Notes under the pieces: model-generated
Told to the model about the DNA's origin: nothing
Database searches by the model: none
Seen by the model: the letters and a program-made list of their open reading frames with translations, nothing else
Part shown: in pieces, positions 50,184-64,000 of the stretch
How positions within the stretch are numbered: the first letter of the stretch is position 1
Layout: each line of letters opens with the position of its first letter
Program-made: the position numbers and the translations under genes
Source of the DNA: Dictyostelium discoideum
Taxonomy: Eukaryota
Reading direction: 5' to 3'
DNA length: 64,000 nt
Assembly: GCA_000004695.1 (NCBI GenBank)
Contig: CM000150.2
Location: 3,072,001-3,136,000 of the forward strand

Positions 50184-53100
50184 TGTAATTGAAGAAGTAT
50201 TAGTTGAAGAAGTAATAACTTGATTAGTTGATAATAAATCAAATTTCCAATATGAAGATTCCAATAGATTAGCTTCTTCAGTACCAACGATATTCATATA
50301 AGTTTCAGAATCTGCAGAACATGGAATTGGTAATAAAGAGTTATTTTGTTCATCAAAAGAAGGTGGAACATAAGGATAATTCTTATAGAAATTATAGTTC
50401 TTTTCCATTTTCTTTCTCATACGATATGGACCTTCAGTTGAATCCAATTTCCATTTATCAAGAGGATGAGGTTCAGAAGGACCCCAAACAGCACGTTCTC
50501 TTGTGATTTGAGCTCTCATATTTTCCCATTGAATTGCATTGAATTTTTGTTTATCACTTTCCAATTGTTTAATTTTCTTACGACGATCACTTTCACTACG
50601 AACGAAATATTGAGCTTTCTTGGTGATATGTTTAGATTTCTCTTCTTGATGAGATTGATCCTTACGATCTTGACGTTGTTTCTTTGAGAGTCTTTCAGTT
50701 CTACGTGATTTCAAAGATGGTAATGTATGTTCTGAAGAATGTTTCTTTTCATTATTTTTAAAGGATAAATGTTGTTTCTTTGGATTCTCTTCAAATACTT
50801 GAGTTATGGTTTGAATATTATCATTAATCCAAAGTTTAAATTCATCATTATTGAAAGCACCATTACCCGAAGTATTACGTAATAATTCAAAGCCTGGTTT
50901 CAAATCAATGATTTCACTTTGACGTTGATTTGAACCACTTGAAACTTTTAATTGTAGTACCGTGGCAAGCGACTCAATATATGATGAAGTTTTCAATGAT
51001 AGTAATAGCCTCCAAAGTTTAATTGAATTATCTACATGTTCATGCTGATCGCTAATTACCAACTTGTACAATGGATAACAAAAAGCATTCATAAAATCTG
51101 AATCCAAATTATTCTCTGAAAAGATAATTCTTTGATGATTTATAATATGATTTGCAACAAAAGATAAATCAGTATCAGTGGTATGATTGATTAAATATAG
51201 AATGATACGATTTAAACTCTTGTATAGAGATTGAACTGTTTTTTGAAGACCAACTCTATCGGCCTCCAATTTCTCTAAAATCTTTACAATGAATAAAAAG
51301 ATTCTCTTTGCAATGATGATTTTATTATTCTTTACCAATTGATCCAAGTTTACTCTATCGACCAACATTGAAGATAACTTTATGAGATTGGAATGAACAC
51401 GTTCATTATCAAAGAACTCGGTCTTGGTGATATTGGTTTCAACGACATACATTAAATCAAGTAAAATTCTTGAATGATATAAAATAAACTCTTCATCTGT
51501 TGCTGTTGTTGGTGCACCCTCTAATACCATCTCAATGATACTAATTGCCTTTGAAGTTTTTCTCATTGCTGATAACATAATTTGACAAAGGAATTTAACT
51601 ACTAAATCCAATACTCTATCTTTGATACCATTGGTTTGACCTGTACTATTATAAAGTGGTGGTAAATTAATTTTACCATTTGGGAATAGAATTGAAATTA
51701 ACTCTTCAACCATTGGTTGACTATAACATTCTTGTTGGAAATATTGATTCTCATGAAAGAGATAAATGAAATAAGTTAACATTGTATATTGTAAATTTGA
51801 CGATTCTTCTGGTGTTGCAAATTGTGATATCTTTAATTCTGGTAACATTTCATCATATAAATTAAAATTAATTGGTTGATTATCACCAACACTAACACCA
51901 CCACCACCACCACCACCACCACCACCCAAAGCACCATTCAATTTTGAGTCATCATCCATACCAGTAACTCTGTTATGTAAACTTGAACCATTTGGTGTAT
52001 TTGTAACACTATCATCACCACCAGTACCTAAATTTTTAGATTGGAATGGACTTGATTGAATACTCATTCTATTCTTTTTCTTTAAAGCTGCTTGTTGAGC
52101 ATCAGTTGCACCTGTACTATTTTCATCGATTGCACCTGTTGTAACTGCAAATTCTAAAGTTTTCTCTTCAAATTTATTCCATAAATTACCAAATTTAGTT
52201 ATAGTTGAAGCTAATCCACTAGTTGGTGTATTATTATTATTATTACTATTACTACTATTAACTAATGTTGATGATGAAGATGATGATGATATATTTGATG
52301 AAATTGAAGAAGATGAAACTGATCTTGAAATTGTTTGAAAAGTTGATAATGGTGAATTACTATTGTCATTATTATTAATACTATTATTTATATTTACATT
52401 TGAAATTAATGAAGATAATAATTCATCATTGTCTAAACCTTGATTTGCATTTTGAAGTTCTTGTTGTTTTTGTTCTAAATATTGATAATTATCTTCATAA
52501 GATCTTTTAATTAGGGAAAGTATTAATTGAGCAGCTTCGATACAATATAAACTCTTTTCAAAAGGAGTAAAAATTCTTAAGAGTTCATGGAATACAATGG
52601 TTGTACCACCAGCACCACCAGAACTACTTGATAAATCTAAATCTACCAATAATTTTGGATCGCCACCCAAAAGTAAATGTAATAAACATAGATAGATCTC
52701 TTGATGACCTGATAAAGATGGTAATACCTTTTCCAATAGTTTGAAACCACTCTTTTTGATAAAGGTTGAACAATAGTCGTATTTATATAAAAAGAAGATA
52801 CAAGTCACACGTAAAGCCAATGAAACTGTCAATGGTGGTAAATTTTCATCAATGAAAAAGAAACACCAATACGATGATACTCTTCTAAAGATTGCTGCAG
52901 TCTCTTGAGTTTGACAATTTGAAACAACCTTTAAGAATGTATAAAATACATGATTAACCAATTGAATGGTTGCAGTATTTGATAATTCCATAGTTGCTAA
53001 TTTACTACGATGAATTGATTTTCTTCTAGAGGATGTCGATGAAGTAGAGGATGATGACGATGATGATGATGGGGTTGGTATATCTTTATGAAGATGTGAA

Positions 53101-54603
53101 ATTAAGAAAGCAGATATTTGTCTAATATCATCTTCAATTAAACCACCATAGGATAGTATATTATAAAGTACATTGATTACCGAGGAAGCAACCGATTCAG
53201 GTAATGGCTCTTCATTTGTTGAAGATGAAAGTATATCGAAAATCTCTTGAATTACATTAACCTTTCTAAGACTATCAATATTGAAACGACGTTGAATATT
53301 ATTTACGATTAAACTATTGTAACCATTAATAACATGACGTTGTAATGCGGGTGTTGTTAATCTCCAAATATCCCAATTCATCATAATATACTTACAAGCA
53401 TTCCAATTGGCAACCGTACCCTCTTGTGGTGCTCTAGAGGTGATTGTTGTTGAACAATTACCATTGATACCAATTAAATCAAATAATAACTCTAAAATAT
53501 TACTATTGAAAAGACCAAGTGATGCTTTCTTTTTCAAGACCCAAGCCAAAAGTTCATAACCATTAATTTGTGACATTTCATGAGTATTGGTTGGATGATA
53601 TTGAATTAAACCAACTAATAAACCTAATGAATCGAATAAAGTCTCTTCAGAATTTGCCTTCTCTAATAATAACAAAGAAATTGGCATACCACCAATCTTT
53701 TTAATACTATCTGCAACTTTATTTCTTCTAAATGCTTCAACACTTCCAATTAATACACCTCTTAATTTTGTAGTTAAATCCGCTTGATTTATAATTTCAA
53801 CTCTACCTTCTAAATCTTTCTTTGAGTTTGAACCACCACTATTATTGTTATTATTATTATTATTTTGTAAACCTGTTAAATTTGGACTTGTACCATTTGG
53901 ACTTGAAAAAACATTTAAAGCAACACCATGATTTTGTGAAAGCTCATTAATTATACCATTGAATATTTCATTGTATACAACTTTACTACTATTATTTGTA
54001 CGAATTAATTTATTTGATGCACATAAACCAACGAGGATCTTATTCTCATCGATTTGCATTGAAACCTTTGCTAAATTCAAAGGACCCAATTGATCACCAT
54101 AATCTAAATCTTTGATTGCCATTAAATTTGCTGAATTTACAATTTCATAAGTTTGATAAGGTGAGAAACGACCCTTGAAATTACTTGCATAGTTTGGACC
54201 TAAAAAGTAAATAGTATTGATATGTTTTGCACCCAAAGAATCCTCCAATAAATAAAATGTACCAATTCTCCAAATTGAATCGGTTGGGAATCTATTTTGA
54301 TTTGAAACACCAATATCACAAATTAACATTGAACCAGAAGTGATTTGAGCAGGATATTGTGCTTTCGTAGCTGTATATTTTAAGAAACCATCAACAAACA
54401 ATTTAAAATCTGTACCACCTAATAATCTTCTTGCATGAACTATACCAATATGATACCATTTACCTTCAACAAACTTGTAAGATGGTATTTCAATTACATA
54501 CTTTGAACTATTAATTATATTAACCGTTATAATACCATTTTTTAAATAAATATAAAGTGATGATTTTTTATCATCTGAATAAATATGTACTAAATCAATT
54601 TGA

Positions 54604-54640
<37 letters not shown>

Positions 54641-56034
54641 TATTACTATTATTACTATTATTACTACTATTATTATTATTATTATTATTATTTACAGTTG
54701 GAAATTTATCAATATATAACCAAAACATAATTGTATAACCATTTGTTGGTGGCCAAGCTCTTTCAGTTATTGGTACACGAATATAACCAAATGGTATTTT
54801 TGATAAATTAAATTCGAAATAGGGTGGAGTTGGTGGTGATTTTGCCATTGATGATAAAATTTTTAAGAGTACTTCTGGTGAATGTTCAGGTTGTAATAAT
54901 TTTACAAATTGACGTAACTCTGAACCTGATAAACAATTTGCACCAACAGTTTGAATTAATGACAATAACAATGGTTGTAATGGGTCATTAGCATTTGATA
55001 AATTTGAAGGGAATCTACTCAAGATCCAATCTGGAATTGATAATTTCGATAGGGCCTCTTGATTATATCTACCGTATTCAGCCATTTTATTAATTCTACT
55101 TATGATTTGTAATCTGAAATCTTTATTCTCAATATGTGGTATAATGTCAAGTATCACATTAAAAGACTCGACATTATTAATGATCATTTGATTTGAGATT
55201 TGATCGGATGCATTTAAATTCTCTGTAACCATATCGAATATGAAATCAACAACTGATTTTGAAAACTCTGTACCCAATACACCAGTCATAATCAAACAAG
55301 ACGAAAATGTTTTGTAACCAATTTGTTGCTCGAAATTCTCTCTATTAATGACATTACCACAAAGTGCACTCGTTGTACATCTACAAATCGATTCAATCAA
55401 TTCCAATTTCTCCATATCCCAATTTCTTGAATCTTTTCGGTTTGGAGAGAATGATGACTCTAAACTAATGAAAACACTAATAATCGATACGAATCCACCA
55501 TGTTCTCTAAATGAATCTCTTGCATGCTTTGATATATTAAATAGTTTTCTAGTTGCATTCAATATATCACTCTTCATTGGATAATTCTCTTTGTTTACAC
55601 TTGTCAATACTTTAATTAATCCATCAAACTCTTTTTGTGTTGGTTCTGGGTCATACTTTATTAATTGTTGTAAAATTCTTAATGATTTACCTCTAACACT
55701 TGAATATGGTAAAAATCTTAATAATATATTAAATATTGAACTAAAAGTAATAAAAATAAATATATTAATATCTATCTATAAAATTTAATATGATTGATTA
55801 TTTAAAAAAAAAAAAAACTTACAAACTTCTAATTAATGAAATATTATCAGGATTTTCAGAAATTAAAATGAATAAACTATCTAATAAAATTTGAAATGAT
55901 TCAACTTTAATAATTGAATTTAAGGCTTGATCATTAGAATCGGCTTCTTTTTCACCATTGCCTGTCATACATGGTACAATTGGTCCATTACTACCACTAC
56001 CATTTTCTTCATTATTATTATCGTTATTATTATT

Positions 56035-56106
<72 letters not shown>

Positions 56107-57922
56107 TTCATCATCATCATCTATTTTTTTACTATTATTTAATCTTATTATATCTTGAGCAATAACATCAATTACTTTTACTAAAATATCCAATAAACCA
56201 GTCTCTCTAAAAATATGCTTATATCTAAATTCAAAATTAACTAATGTAGTTATCAATTGATTTATCATTTCTAATGTATAAAAAGATGGATTCTCTCCAA
56301 CTAATAAACTAAATGTACTTAATTCTTGAAATGGTACACAATTTAAAACTGTAACTACAAAACAAACAATTTTCATAACATGATACTATTAATTTATTTA
56401 AAAAAAAATAAAAATAAAAATAAAAAAAAAATAAAAAATAAAAAAAAAATTAAATAATTAATTAATAAACAAAAATATATAAAGAATAATGATTAAATAT
56501 AAAAAAATATACCTTTAAACCATTACTTAATGATTCATATTCTTGAATAAATTTAGTTAATGTACTTGTATGTTGAAGTAAAATGAAATTTACTGTATTT
56601 GAAGAATAAACTGATAAAATTCTATCTAAAATTTTAACTCTATTCTCTTCATAATTTGATTTTAAAAAGTATCTTTCTAAAACTTTAAATGCATTACCAT
56701 TCTTTGAAATATAATTTTGATCTAATAATAAAAATTATAAAATTATTAATAATTTTTTTTTTTTTTTTTTTTTTAAATTTTCAAAAAAAAAAAAAAAAGA
56801 CTTACTTGAAATTTCTTTTATATTATTAATTGAAGTTTGATATGGTACTGAAGAATTTTCAACTGGTAAACTAACATTACCATAACCAATATAAACTAAA
56901 GAACAAATTGAATCTAATAATTGTTCGAATAAAGCTGGTTTATCTTTTGAAGATTCTAAACGAAATAAAGAATCCACTAAAAATGTATAACCATCATTAC
57001 GTTGAAATTCATCCAATAGAATAGTTGATTTCTTTGAGGATTCACTCAAGATCTTTATGATGATTCTACAAAGTGTTACATAGGATTCTGGTGTAAACAT
57101 ATAGTAGTTTGTAAGATCCTTTATAATGTTTGCAATGACACGTTTCGAGTTTATATATGTGATGGTAGGTGGATACAAATCGGTCAATTCTAAACCGAAT
57201 GAGCCAATCTTTGCACGCAATGGTCTATGAGAGGGCGGGCATTCGTTGGACATTAAAGCAAACAATGTCGAGAGAGTATCTGTTTTTTGTAGTTCCTCAA
57301 TGGCCGATTTCTGTTTAGAGAGGAAACAAAGTGTACGAATCAATTTCTCTTCAATGATCCCTTTAGTTGTCTCCATCATTGTTGTATAGGGTACCAAAAA
57401 GAAGTACTGTAAACAACGCACCAACATCGAGGGTATGGAGGCCTCTGCCATGGCTTCGGCGCATGATGTATTCGATTCCGATAGAATCTCAATGGAATAT
57501 AGTAATTCGAAACCTGATACTTGTCCACTTGTGGTTGAAAAGAATTTATAAATCTCTTTGGCTATCGTCTCTTTAATGAGTTGTGGTGGTTGTGGTGGTT
57601 GTTGAGGTGAGTTGGCTTGTTTCATTATCTCATTGATATCTTTAACTAATCTACGTGAAATTGCAAATGAAAATGATTTAGAATTATTTCCAAAGATATC
57701 TACCATTGGACTCTTTGTATCAATTTTCTTATCTTCGTATAAACCAATGAAATAGGGTAAAAGTTTATTCAATCTCATAACTTTATCCTTATCTGATTTA
57801 CTTGATAAAAATTCTTGCCATAATAATTTTAATTTTTGTGCTGTTGCTTGTGATCTAATAACTTCAACTTCACTCCCTATCATTATTGTCCAAACATTTA
57901 TATTTGATTCAATAATATTACT

Positions 57923-57953
<31 letters not shown>

Positions 57954-58108
57954 TTATTATTATTATTACTGTTGATGCTGCTAGATTCCTCCGTTGCACT
58001 ACTATATTTTCTAACTGGTGATGAGAATGAACTTGTAGAATTTGAAGATGTTGTCGATCCAATTGGGGATGATACTGATCTTGGTGAAAGTGGTTGTTGT
58101 GGTTGTGG

Positions 58109-58187
<79 letters not shown>

Positions 58188-58279
58188 GGTGGTTGGTGAG
58201 GTGGATGACCTGGTGAATGTGGTACTTGAGGGGTTGGATCCTCTGAGGTACCTATTAAGTCTTTGAACCTCCTGAACAT
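47127..58279 (-). CDS. lvsA: BEACH-domain/WD40 giant protein, LvsA-like (4 exons on minus strand: 58279..56806, 56721..56513, 56385..55823, 55740..47127)
   Basis: Exon A starts MFRRFKDLIGTS... (polyQ from (CAA)n) and ends ...KEIS plus a|GTAAGT. Exon B is NQNYISKNGNAFKVLERYF...SNGLK|GTATAT. Exon C (after ..ttaatAG) is YHVMKIVCFVV...NISLIRS plus tt|GTAAGT. Exon D (after ..ttttAG) is FSIFNILLRFLP...LTSVNKENYPMKSD..., in frame with the 2826-codon ORF. BEACH motifs are present ([31 protein letters not shown]...). C-terminal WD40 repeats. Summed exons give 3619 codons, which matches my recollection of Dictyostelium LvsA length (408 kDa). The symbol is tentative. Confidence 0.8.
58094..58190. repeat. 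(CAA/TTG)n coding microsatellite (poly-Gln) in exon A of the BEACH gene
   Basis: About 32 consecutive ttg triplets on the + strand. They encode QQQ... on the minus strand in frame with MFRRFKDLIG... Confidence 0.85.
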
Positions 58280-59010
58280 ATTTTTCTGTTCAATTTATCT
58301 TTTATTTTTTTATTTTTTTATTTATTTTTTTATTTATTTATTTATTTATTTTTTTATATGAATTTTTAATTTAAATATATTTATATATTAGTGTGCGCTA
58401 TTAAAGAGAAAAAAAAAAAAAAAAAAAAAATTTTATTATTTATTTGAATATTGAGTGTATGTTTGAATATTGAATGTGGGTGTTGAATATATATATATAT
58501 ATATATTTTTTTTTTTTTGTTTTTTTTTTTTTATATAATTTAATTAAAATATTTATTTATTTATTTTTTTTTTTATTTTTTAATTATTATTTTTTTTATA
58601 AATTATAATGACTATTGTAAAGTTTAATAAATATAAATATATAAGGAATGTGATTTTATGAACGAACGAATGAATAAATAAATAAATACAATTGATATGA
58701 CACACAATGATAATACACAAAAAAAAAAAAAAAAAAAAATTAAAAAAAAAAAAAAATTTTAATTTTTTATTAATTTTTTTTTTCACATTTTGAAAAAATC
58801 GAACCAAATAAAAAAAAAAATTAAAAAAATTAAAAAAATGTACCTGGTTTGATTACTTTTTTTTGCGAAGAAAAAAACTACAAATGCCTTCACCCCAAAC
58901 ATTTTTGTAGCTTATTCCATAGACAACAATAATAAAAATAAAAAAAAAAAAAAAAAAAAAAAAATAAAAAATAATAAAAAAAAAAATAATAATAATAATA
59001 ATAATAATAA

Positions 59011-59100
<90 letters not shown>

Positions 59101-59274
59101 TTGAATAGATATGAATGCCGCTCTCAGAGTTATACCTTTGTGTTTTATATATATATATCTCTCCCCTTTAATTTTTATTGATTAAATTTAAAACACATCA
59201 ATAAAGTTTCTCAATCAATCTCATGGCAATTGATTTTACAAATTAATTTTGTTGGTTTTACAACTTTTCTTTTT

Positions 59275-59337
<63 letters not shown>

Positions 59338-59495
59338 TTGATTTTACAACTTTTTCATACTTTTTTTTTTTTTTTTTTTCATTTAATTTTGTTGATTTTT
59401 CAAATTTTATTTTTATTTTTCCTTTTTTTTTTTTTTAATTAATTAAAAAAATTATTAAGATAAAAATAATAAAATAAACAAAATAAAATAAAATA

Positions 59496-59550
59496 TAATA
59501 AAAATAAAAATAAAAATAAAAATAAAAATAAAAATAAAAATAAAAATAAA
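59496..59550. repeat. (AAAAAT)n simple repeat immediately upstream of the ATG at 59550
   Basis: aaaataaaaataaaaataaaaat... about 9 units. Confidence 0.7.
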
Positions 59551-62161
59551 TGGATATTGTTAATGAAAGATATAATAAAAAAATTGAACAAAATGAAAAT
59601 GATAAAAATAATGAACAATTAAATGAAATTATAAAATTAGTAAGTGACATTTGTAAAGCTAATAATATTGAACAATTGGAATCATTTGTTCAAAACAATG
59701 ACAAAGAAGGATTCTTTAAAAAATTATTCACAATGATCACTTTACCAGATGGAGATTTACACGAAACCTACAATGATATATCATGGGAATTGGTTCATTC
59801 ATTAGTTCAATCACTTAATCAAAGTTCAGCAGATTGGGATATCAAAAACCACACTTTAATAAATTCAACTTGTAAAAATATTTTAAATGTAAATAAAATA
59901 AAAAAATAAAAAATAAAAAAAAAAAAAAAAAATAAAATAAAAAAAAAAAACCTAACTTCAACTTTTTAATTTAATTTTAGATTATTGATTGGATATCAAA
60001 TAATTGTAGTGCAAGAGAATTTTTATTAATTGCACAAGAATTTGATGGATCATCATTTATTAGTTTAACATTGTTCACTAAAATATCAATGATTGTATTC
60101 ACAAAGAATGCATTAAAAAGAATACCAACTGAAAAAAGATTTAATTTTTTAAAATCTATTTTACCCCCACTTTTAAAAATTTTAGAAGTTGAAAATATTG
60201 AAATAAAAAAAGATGATGATGAAGATAATGAAAATATTAATAATTTCACCAATGATGAAAGTGATGATGATGATGATGATGGTAGTGATGATGATGATGA
60301 TAGTGATGATGATGTTGATGATGAAAATAAAAGAAAGAAACAACCAATTAAAATTATTGGACCAGATGTTGAACAAGAATTACAACAAAAGAATACTGAG
60401 AATGATACGAAATGGGAATACCCATTATCATGTATATTGGATTTCATTTATAGTTTTGCATTAGATTTGAAAGCACAAGATACAAATGATGATCCAAATT
60501 CTGGTATTTCAACACCTAGAGCAATCAATAGAACAGCTGGTTCGGACCAAATCACTTTTTATGATAAACCAAATACACCAATCGCTCAACAACAACATTT
60601 ATTCCTTTTCTATTTAGTAAAGATCCTTTCGATGGAATCAATTTTAAATCCACCACAATCATTACTTTGTAATGGTACAATGCCATTGTTGGGTGTCATT
60701 GGTGAATGTTTATCATTAATTGGTGCATCAACATCCTATATCTTGGGTACCGATTCAAGATTTCGTCTAAAAAAGAGAGAGATTGAATTAGAAGATATGT
60801 ACTATGATGAAGGTTTAGATGAAGATGATTTTCAAAATGATCAAGATTTAAATTTAAATGATCCAAATAAAGTTAGAAATAAATTAAAATCAAAAAAATT
60901 AAATTCAAATTCAAATCAATCATCTGCAAATACAAGTAAAGATATTGGTGATGATGATGATGATAATAATAGTGAATCAGATTATTCATCATCATCATCA
61001 TATGAATCAGAGGGAGAGGAAGAAGAGGAAGAAAAAGATGATGGATTTGGTGAAGATGAATATTCATCAATTGATAAATTATTTGATTTAGATTTACCAT
61101 ATAGTGGTATTGGTCATTATTTATTTTTATTAATATTGAAACCAACTGATCAATTTAGATTACCATCATTACAATCTATTCATTCGATTCTAATGGATAA
61201 TTTACCATATTTAATTAGTTTACTTCAATGTAAATCATATAGAATTGGATTTAAAGCTATTCAAATTTTATCATTTCTTCAAAAGAGATTAAAAGTTGGC
61301 TCAATCGATATAAATCAAGAATTTTGTAAGAATCCAATCATTGAAGATAGCATTCAAGAGATAATGTTAAAAGCAACTGAACAACATGGTGGTAATTTAA
61401 AGAATGCAATTGAACAATCGAAATTGGAAAAAGAGAAAAGACACAAATGGATACACGATCAATCGACAACTTGTATAGAACGAAATTACCATTTCCTTCA
61501 ATTGATTGAGTCGATCATTGGTTTCATGGTTAGATGTCCAGTTCAACAGATGAGATCTTTCACCTATAGGGTATTGATGTTATTGATTGGCCAAGTGTTA
61601 ACACCATCTACAAAATTCAATATTTTGTATAACTTGATTGGCACCTGTATATTCCCTTCGTTCACTGGGCTGCTAATTCACATCTTTAAGGAGGAGATTA
61701 ACAAAGCTTGGTCCTCTACGATCGTCGATGAAAGATGTTACTTTGTATCCCCGAAAATTCTAGATGTTGTAACAATTCCAATTCAAACCGGTGGTAATCT
61801 AATGGAAAGAATGGATTCAATAATGAATGGTCTAAACATGTATAGATTCTTGTTAATCAGAGACAAAGGTACCAATCATACTGGAATTTGGAGTAAATCA
61901 AAAATTCAAGGTTCAAGAGAAACTTGTTTCTATCCATTAAGAAAAGATCTATTAGATGTTCAATCACAATTTAGAGCTTCCTCTCAAGGTGATGAAAAAG
62001 CAATGGAAAAAGTTTTAAGTGGTGTCTCAAAAATGGGTGTAAATGACCTTTCAAAAGATGATATTAAAAATGCTTCAACATTGGTTTGTTATCATATTGA
62101 TATGGCTTTAGATGTTATAACTAGAATTTTAGAATTACAAGATACTTTAATTAAAGATTAA
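59550..62161 (+). CDS. Hypothetical acidic protein (2 exons: 59550..59888, 59981..62161), about 839 aa
   Basis: Exon 1 is MDIVNERYNKKIEQ...STCKNILN|GTAAAT. Exon 2 (after ..aattttAG) is IIDWISNNCSAREFLLIAQEFDGSSFISLTLFTKISMIVF..., in frame with the long ORF. Note the track start 'M' at 60071 is TTG. Poly-Asp/Ser acidic tracts. No recognised domain. Confidence 0.5.
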
Positions 62162-62582
62162 ATTTTGGAGGAAAAAAAAAAAAAAAAAAAAAAACTTAAA
62201 TTTTGGAGGAAAAAAAAAGAAAAGAAAAAAAAAAAAGAAATGTAAAAATAAAATTAAAAAAAAATAAATTAAATAAATAAAATGAAAAAAAAATATTTAC
62301 CTTACAATTTTAATTATCAAAAACATCCAATTGGGGGAAATTGTATTTTTTAATAAAAAATGAAAAAAATGAAAAAAAAAAAAAAAAATAAAAAAAAAAG
62401 TCACAAAGTCCATTAAATAAAAAAAAAACAAAATGACTTTAAGACTTTTTTTTTTACACTCATAAATCTTTCTCCCTTTAAAACATTTCGAAATTATTCA
62501 TTGAGCATTGGCAGAAAATTAAATAAAAAAAAGTTATCGGTTTTTAAAAAAACCTGGTAAATGAGTGAAGAAGGGTTTTGTA

Positions 62583-62614
<32 letters not shown>

Positions 62615-62655
62615 AAATTAAAAAAAAAAAGAAAAAGAAATTATTTGAAACAAGT

Positions 62656-62709
<54 letters not shown>

Positions 62710-63028
62710 AAAAATAGAAAAAAAAAAAAATTTAAAAAAAAAAAAAAAAATTTAATCGCGGTGTAACAAATAAAAAGTAAAATAAATTATTCTGTATTCT
62801 ATTAATATCAAAGTTATTTTTAGTTTAGTTTTTTTTTTTTGAATCCTAAGAAAATTTAATAAAAAATTAAAAATAAAAAAATAAATTCAATTTTGGTAAG
62901 GTGTTTCTGTGCTTTGTTTTTTTTTTTTTTTGTGTGTGTGTGTGTTTATTTTTAAAAGAAAATAATCTTATTTAATTTCAAATAACAACATTTTTTAAAA
63001 ATAATTTTAAAATTAATTTTAAAATTGG

Positions 63029-63060
<32 letters not shown>

Positions 63061-63634
63061 GTAATTTTTAAAACAATTCTAATTAAAGATATAGTTTGGT
63101 AAATAAACAAAACAAGCATATTTATAAACATATATATATTTATATAAATAAAAAATACTATTCATGAATAGTAAATAGTTGTATGTGTGTAAATAATTAT
63201 TACTTTATTTTATTTTGTTTTTTTTTTTTTTTTTTTTTTTTTCTAAAAATAATTTTATTTTTTTTTTAATTTTTATTTATTACTTTTATTTTTATTTTTA
63301 TTTTTATTTTTATTTTTATTTTTATTTTAATTTTATTTTGTACTATTTTGTAAAAGATAAAACCACCAATAGAGAAACAGATAATTATATTAATTAAATA
63401 AACACACACACACACTCACACACACACTCATGTGTGTTTGGATTTTTTTTCATATTACGCAACAGAATCAGTAGTAATGGGAGTATAAATGGAGGTGTGG
63501 TAGTGTAAAAAATAAAAGTATTATTTATAGTAATACTAAAATATTAAACATAAAATAGTTAAAATAATTAAAATAATTCCATCCAAAAACTATTATTATA
63601 ATAATAATAATAAATAATAACTTGGGTATTTAAA

Positions 63635-63692
<58 letters not shown>

Positions 63693-64000
63693 AAAAAAAA
63701 AAATGTTTTATTTAATCAAATATTTAAAATAGTTATTTTTAATTGGGGTTATCAGTTTACTCGGGGAAGAAATCAAATTTATTTTTTTTAATTTATTTTA
63801 ATTTTAATTTATTTTAAAATTTTTTTTTTTATTTTTTTTTTATTTTTTTATTTTATTTTTTTTTTTTTAAAAAACCACCACTTTGGGTACAAGAAAAAAA
63901 ATAAAAAAATAAAAAAAAACATTTGGCAAAAGAAAAATATTAATATTAATTGTAAAATATTAAGTTATTCATTTTATCTTTTTATTTTATTTGTTTTTAA

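Noticed and set aside
59620-59640. GTAAGT at 59626 inside exon 1 of the 59550 gene as a possible donor
   Set aside because: Reading through gives a sensible continuous protein (KLVSDICKANNIEQLESF...). The downstream GTAAAT (59889) plus the acceptor at 59979-80 join in frame with the long ORF.

Overview
This window is AT-rich (about 75-80% A+T) eukaryotic nuclear DNA with the hallmarks of a Dictyostelium-type social amoeba genome. Intergenic and intronic sequence is almost pure A/T with long poly(A)/poly(T) runs. Coding regions carry AAT/CAA microsatellites that encode poly-Asn and poly-Gln. Introns are short (about 90-130 nt), GT..AG bounded and extremely AT-rich. No CRISPR arrays, operons, rRNA genes, convincing tRNA genes or recognisable transposons are present. 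I therefore read it as a eukaryotic gene-dense region, not a prokaryotic one.

The supplied ORF track reports TTG/GTG codons as 'M', so several of its 'M' starts are not true ATG starts. It also reads through introns. I re-derived exon structures by hand.

Genes supported, left to right:
- Two tandem DDHD-type (PA-PLA1-like) lipase paralogues, the first truncated by the window edge.
- A small ORF that is a partial paralogue of the N-terminus of the nearby Cu-ATPase.
- A two-exon RING-finger protein.
- A thiolase ending in -SKL.
- A 1386-aa P1B-type (copper) ATPase with nine CxxGCC motifs, five of them as a tandem Pro-rich repeat inserted inside the catalytic loop.
- A stand-alone NAD(P)-binding thioester-reductase-like protein related to the C-terminal domain of the PKS.
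- A ThrE/DUF1212-like membrane protein.
- Five members (four clustered, one downstream of the PKS) of an unrecognised family of small two-TM proteins that share a conserved intron position.
- A secreted Ser/Gly/Thr-rich protein.
- A 5-exon, roughly 2.95-kaa fully reducing type I polyketide synthase (KS-AT-DH-cMT-ER-KR-ACP-R).
- An SLC35B1-like nucleotide-sugar transporter carrying an (AAT)~55 intronic microsatellite.
- A three-copy paralogous family: one intact copy, one copy broken by an in-frame stop, and one frameshifted fragment.
- A four-exon BEACH/WD40 giant gene whose reconstructed length (3619 aa) matches Dictyostelium LvsA.
- A two-exon acidic hypothetical protein.

The most unusual items are the Cys-rich repeat insertion in the ATPase together with its stand-alone N-terminal paralogue, the small-TM-protein family array flanking the PKS, and the linkage of PKS, R-domain paralogue and thiolase.
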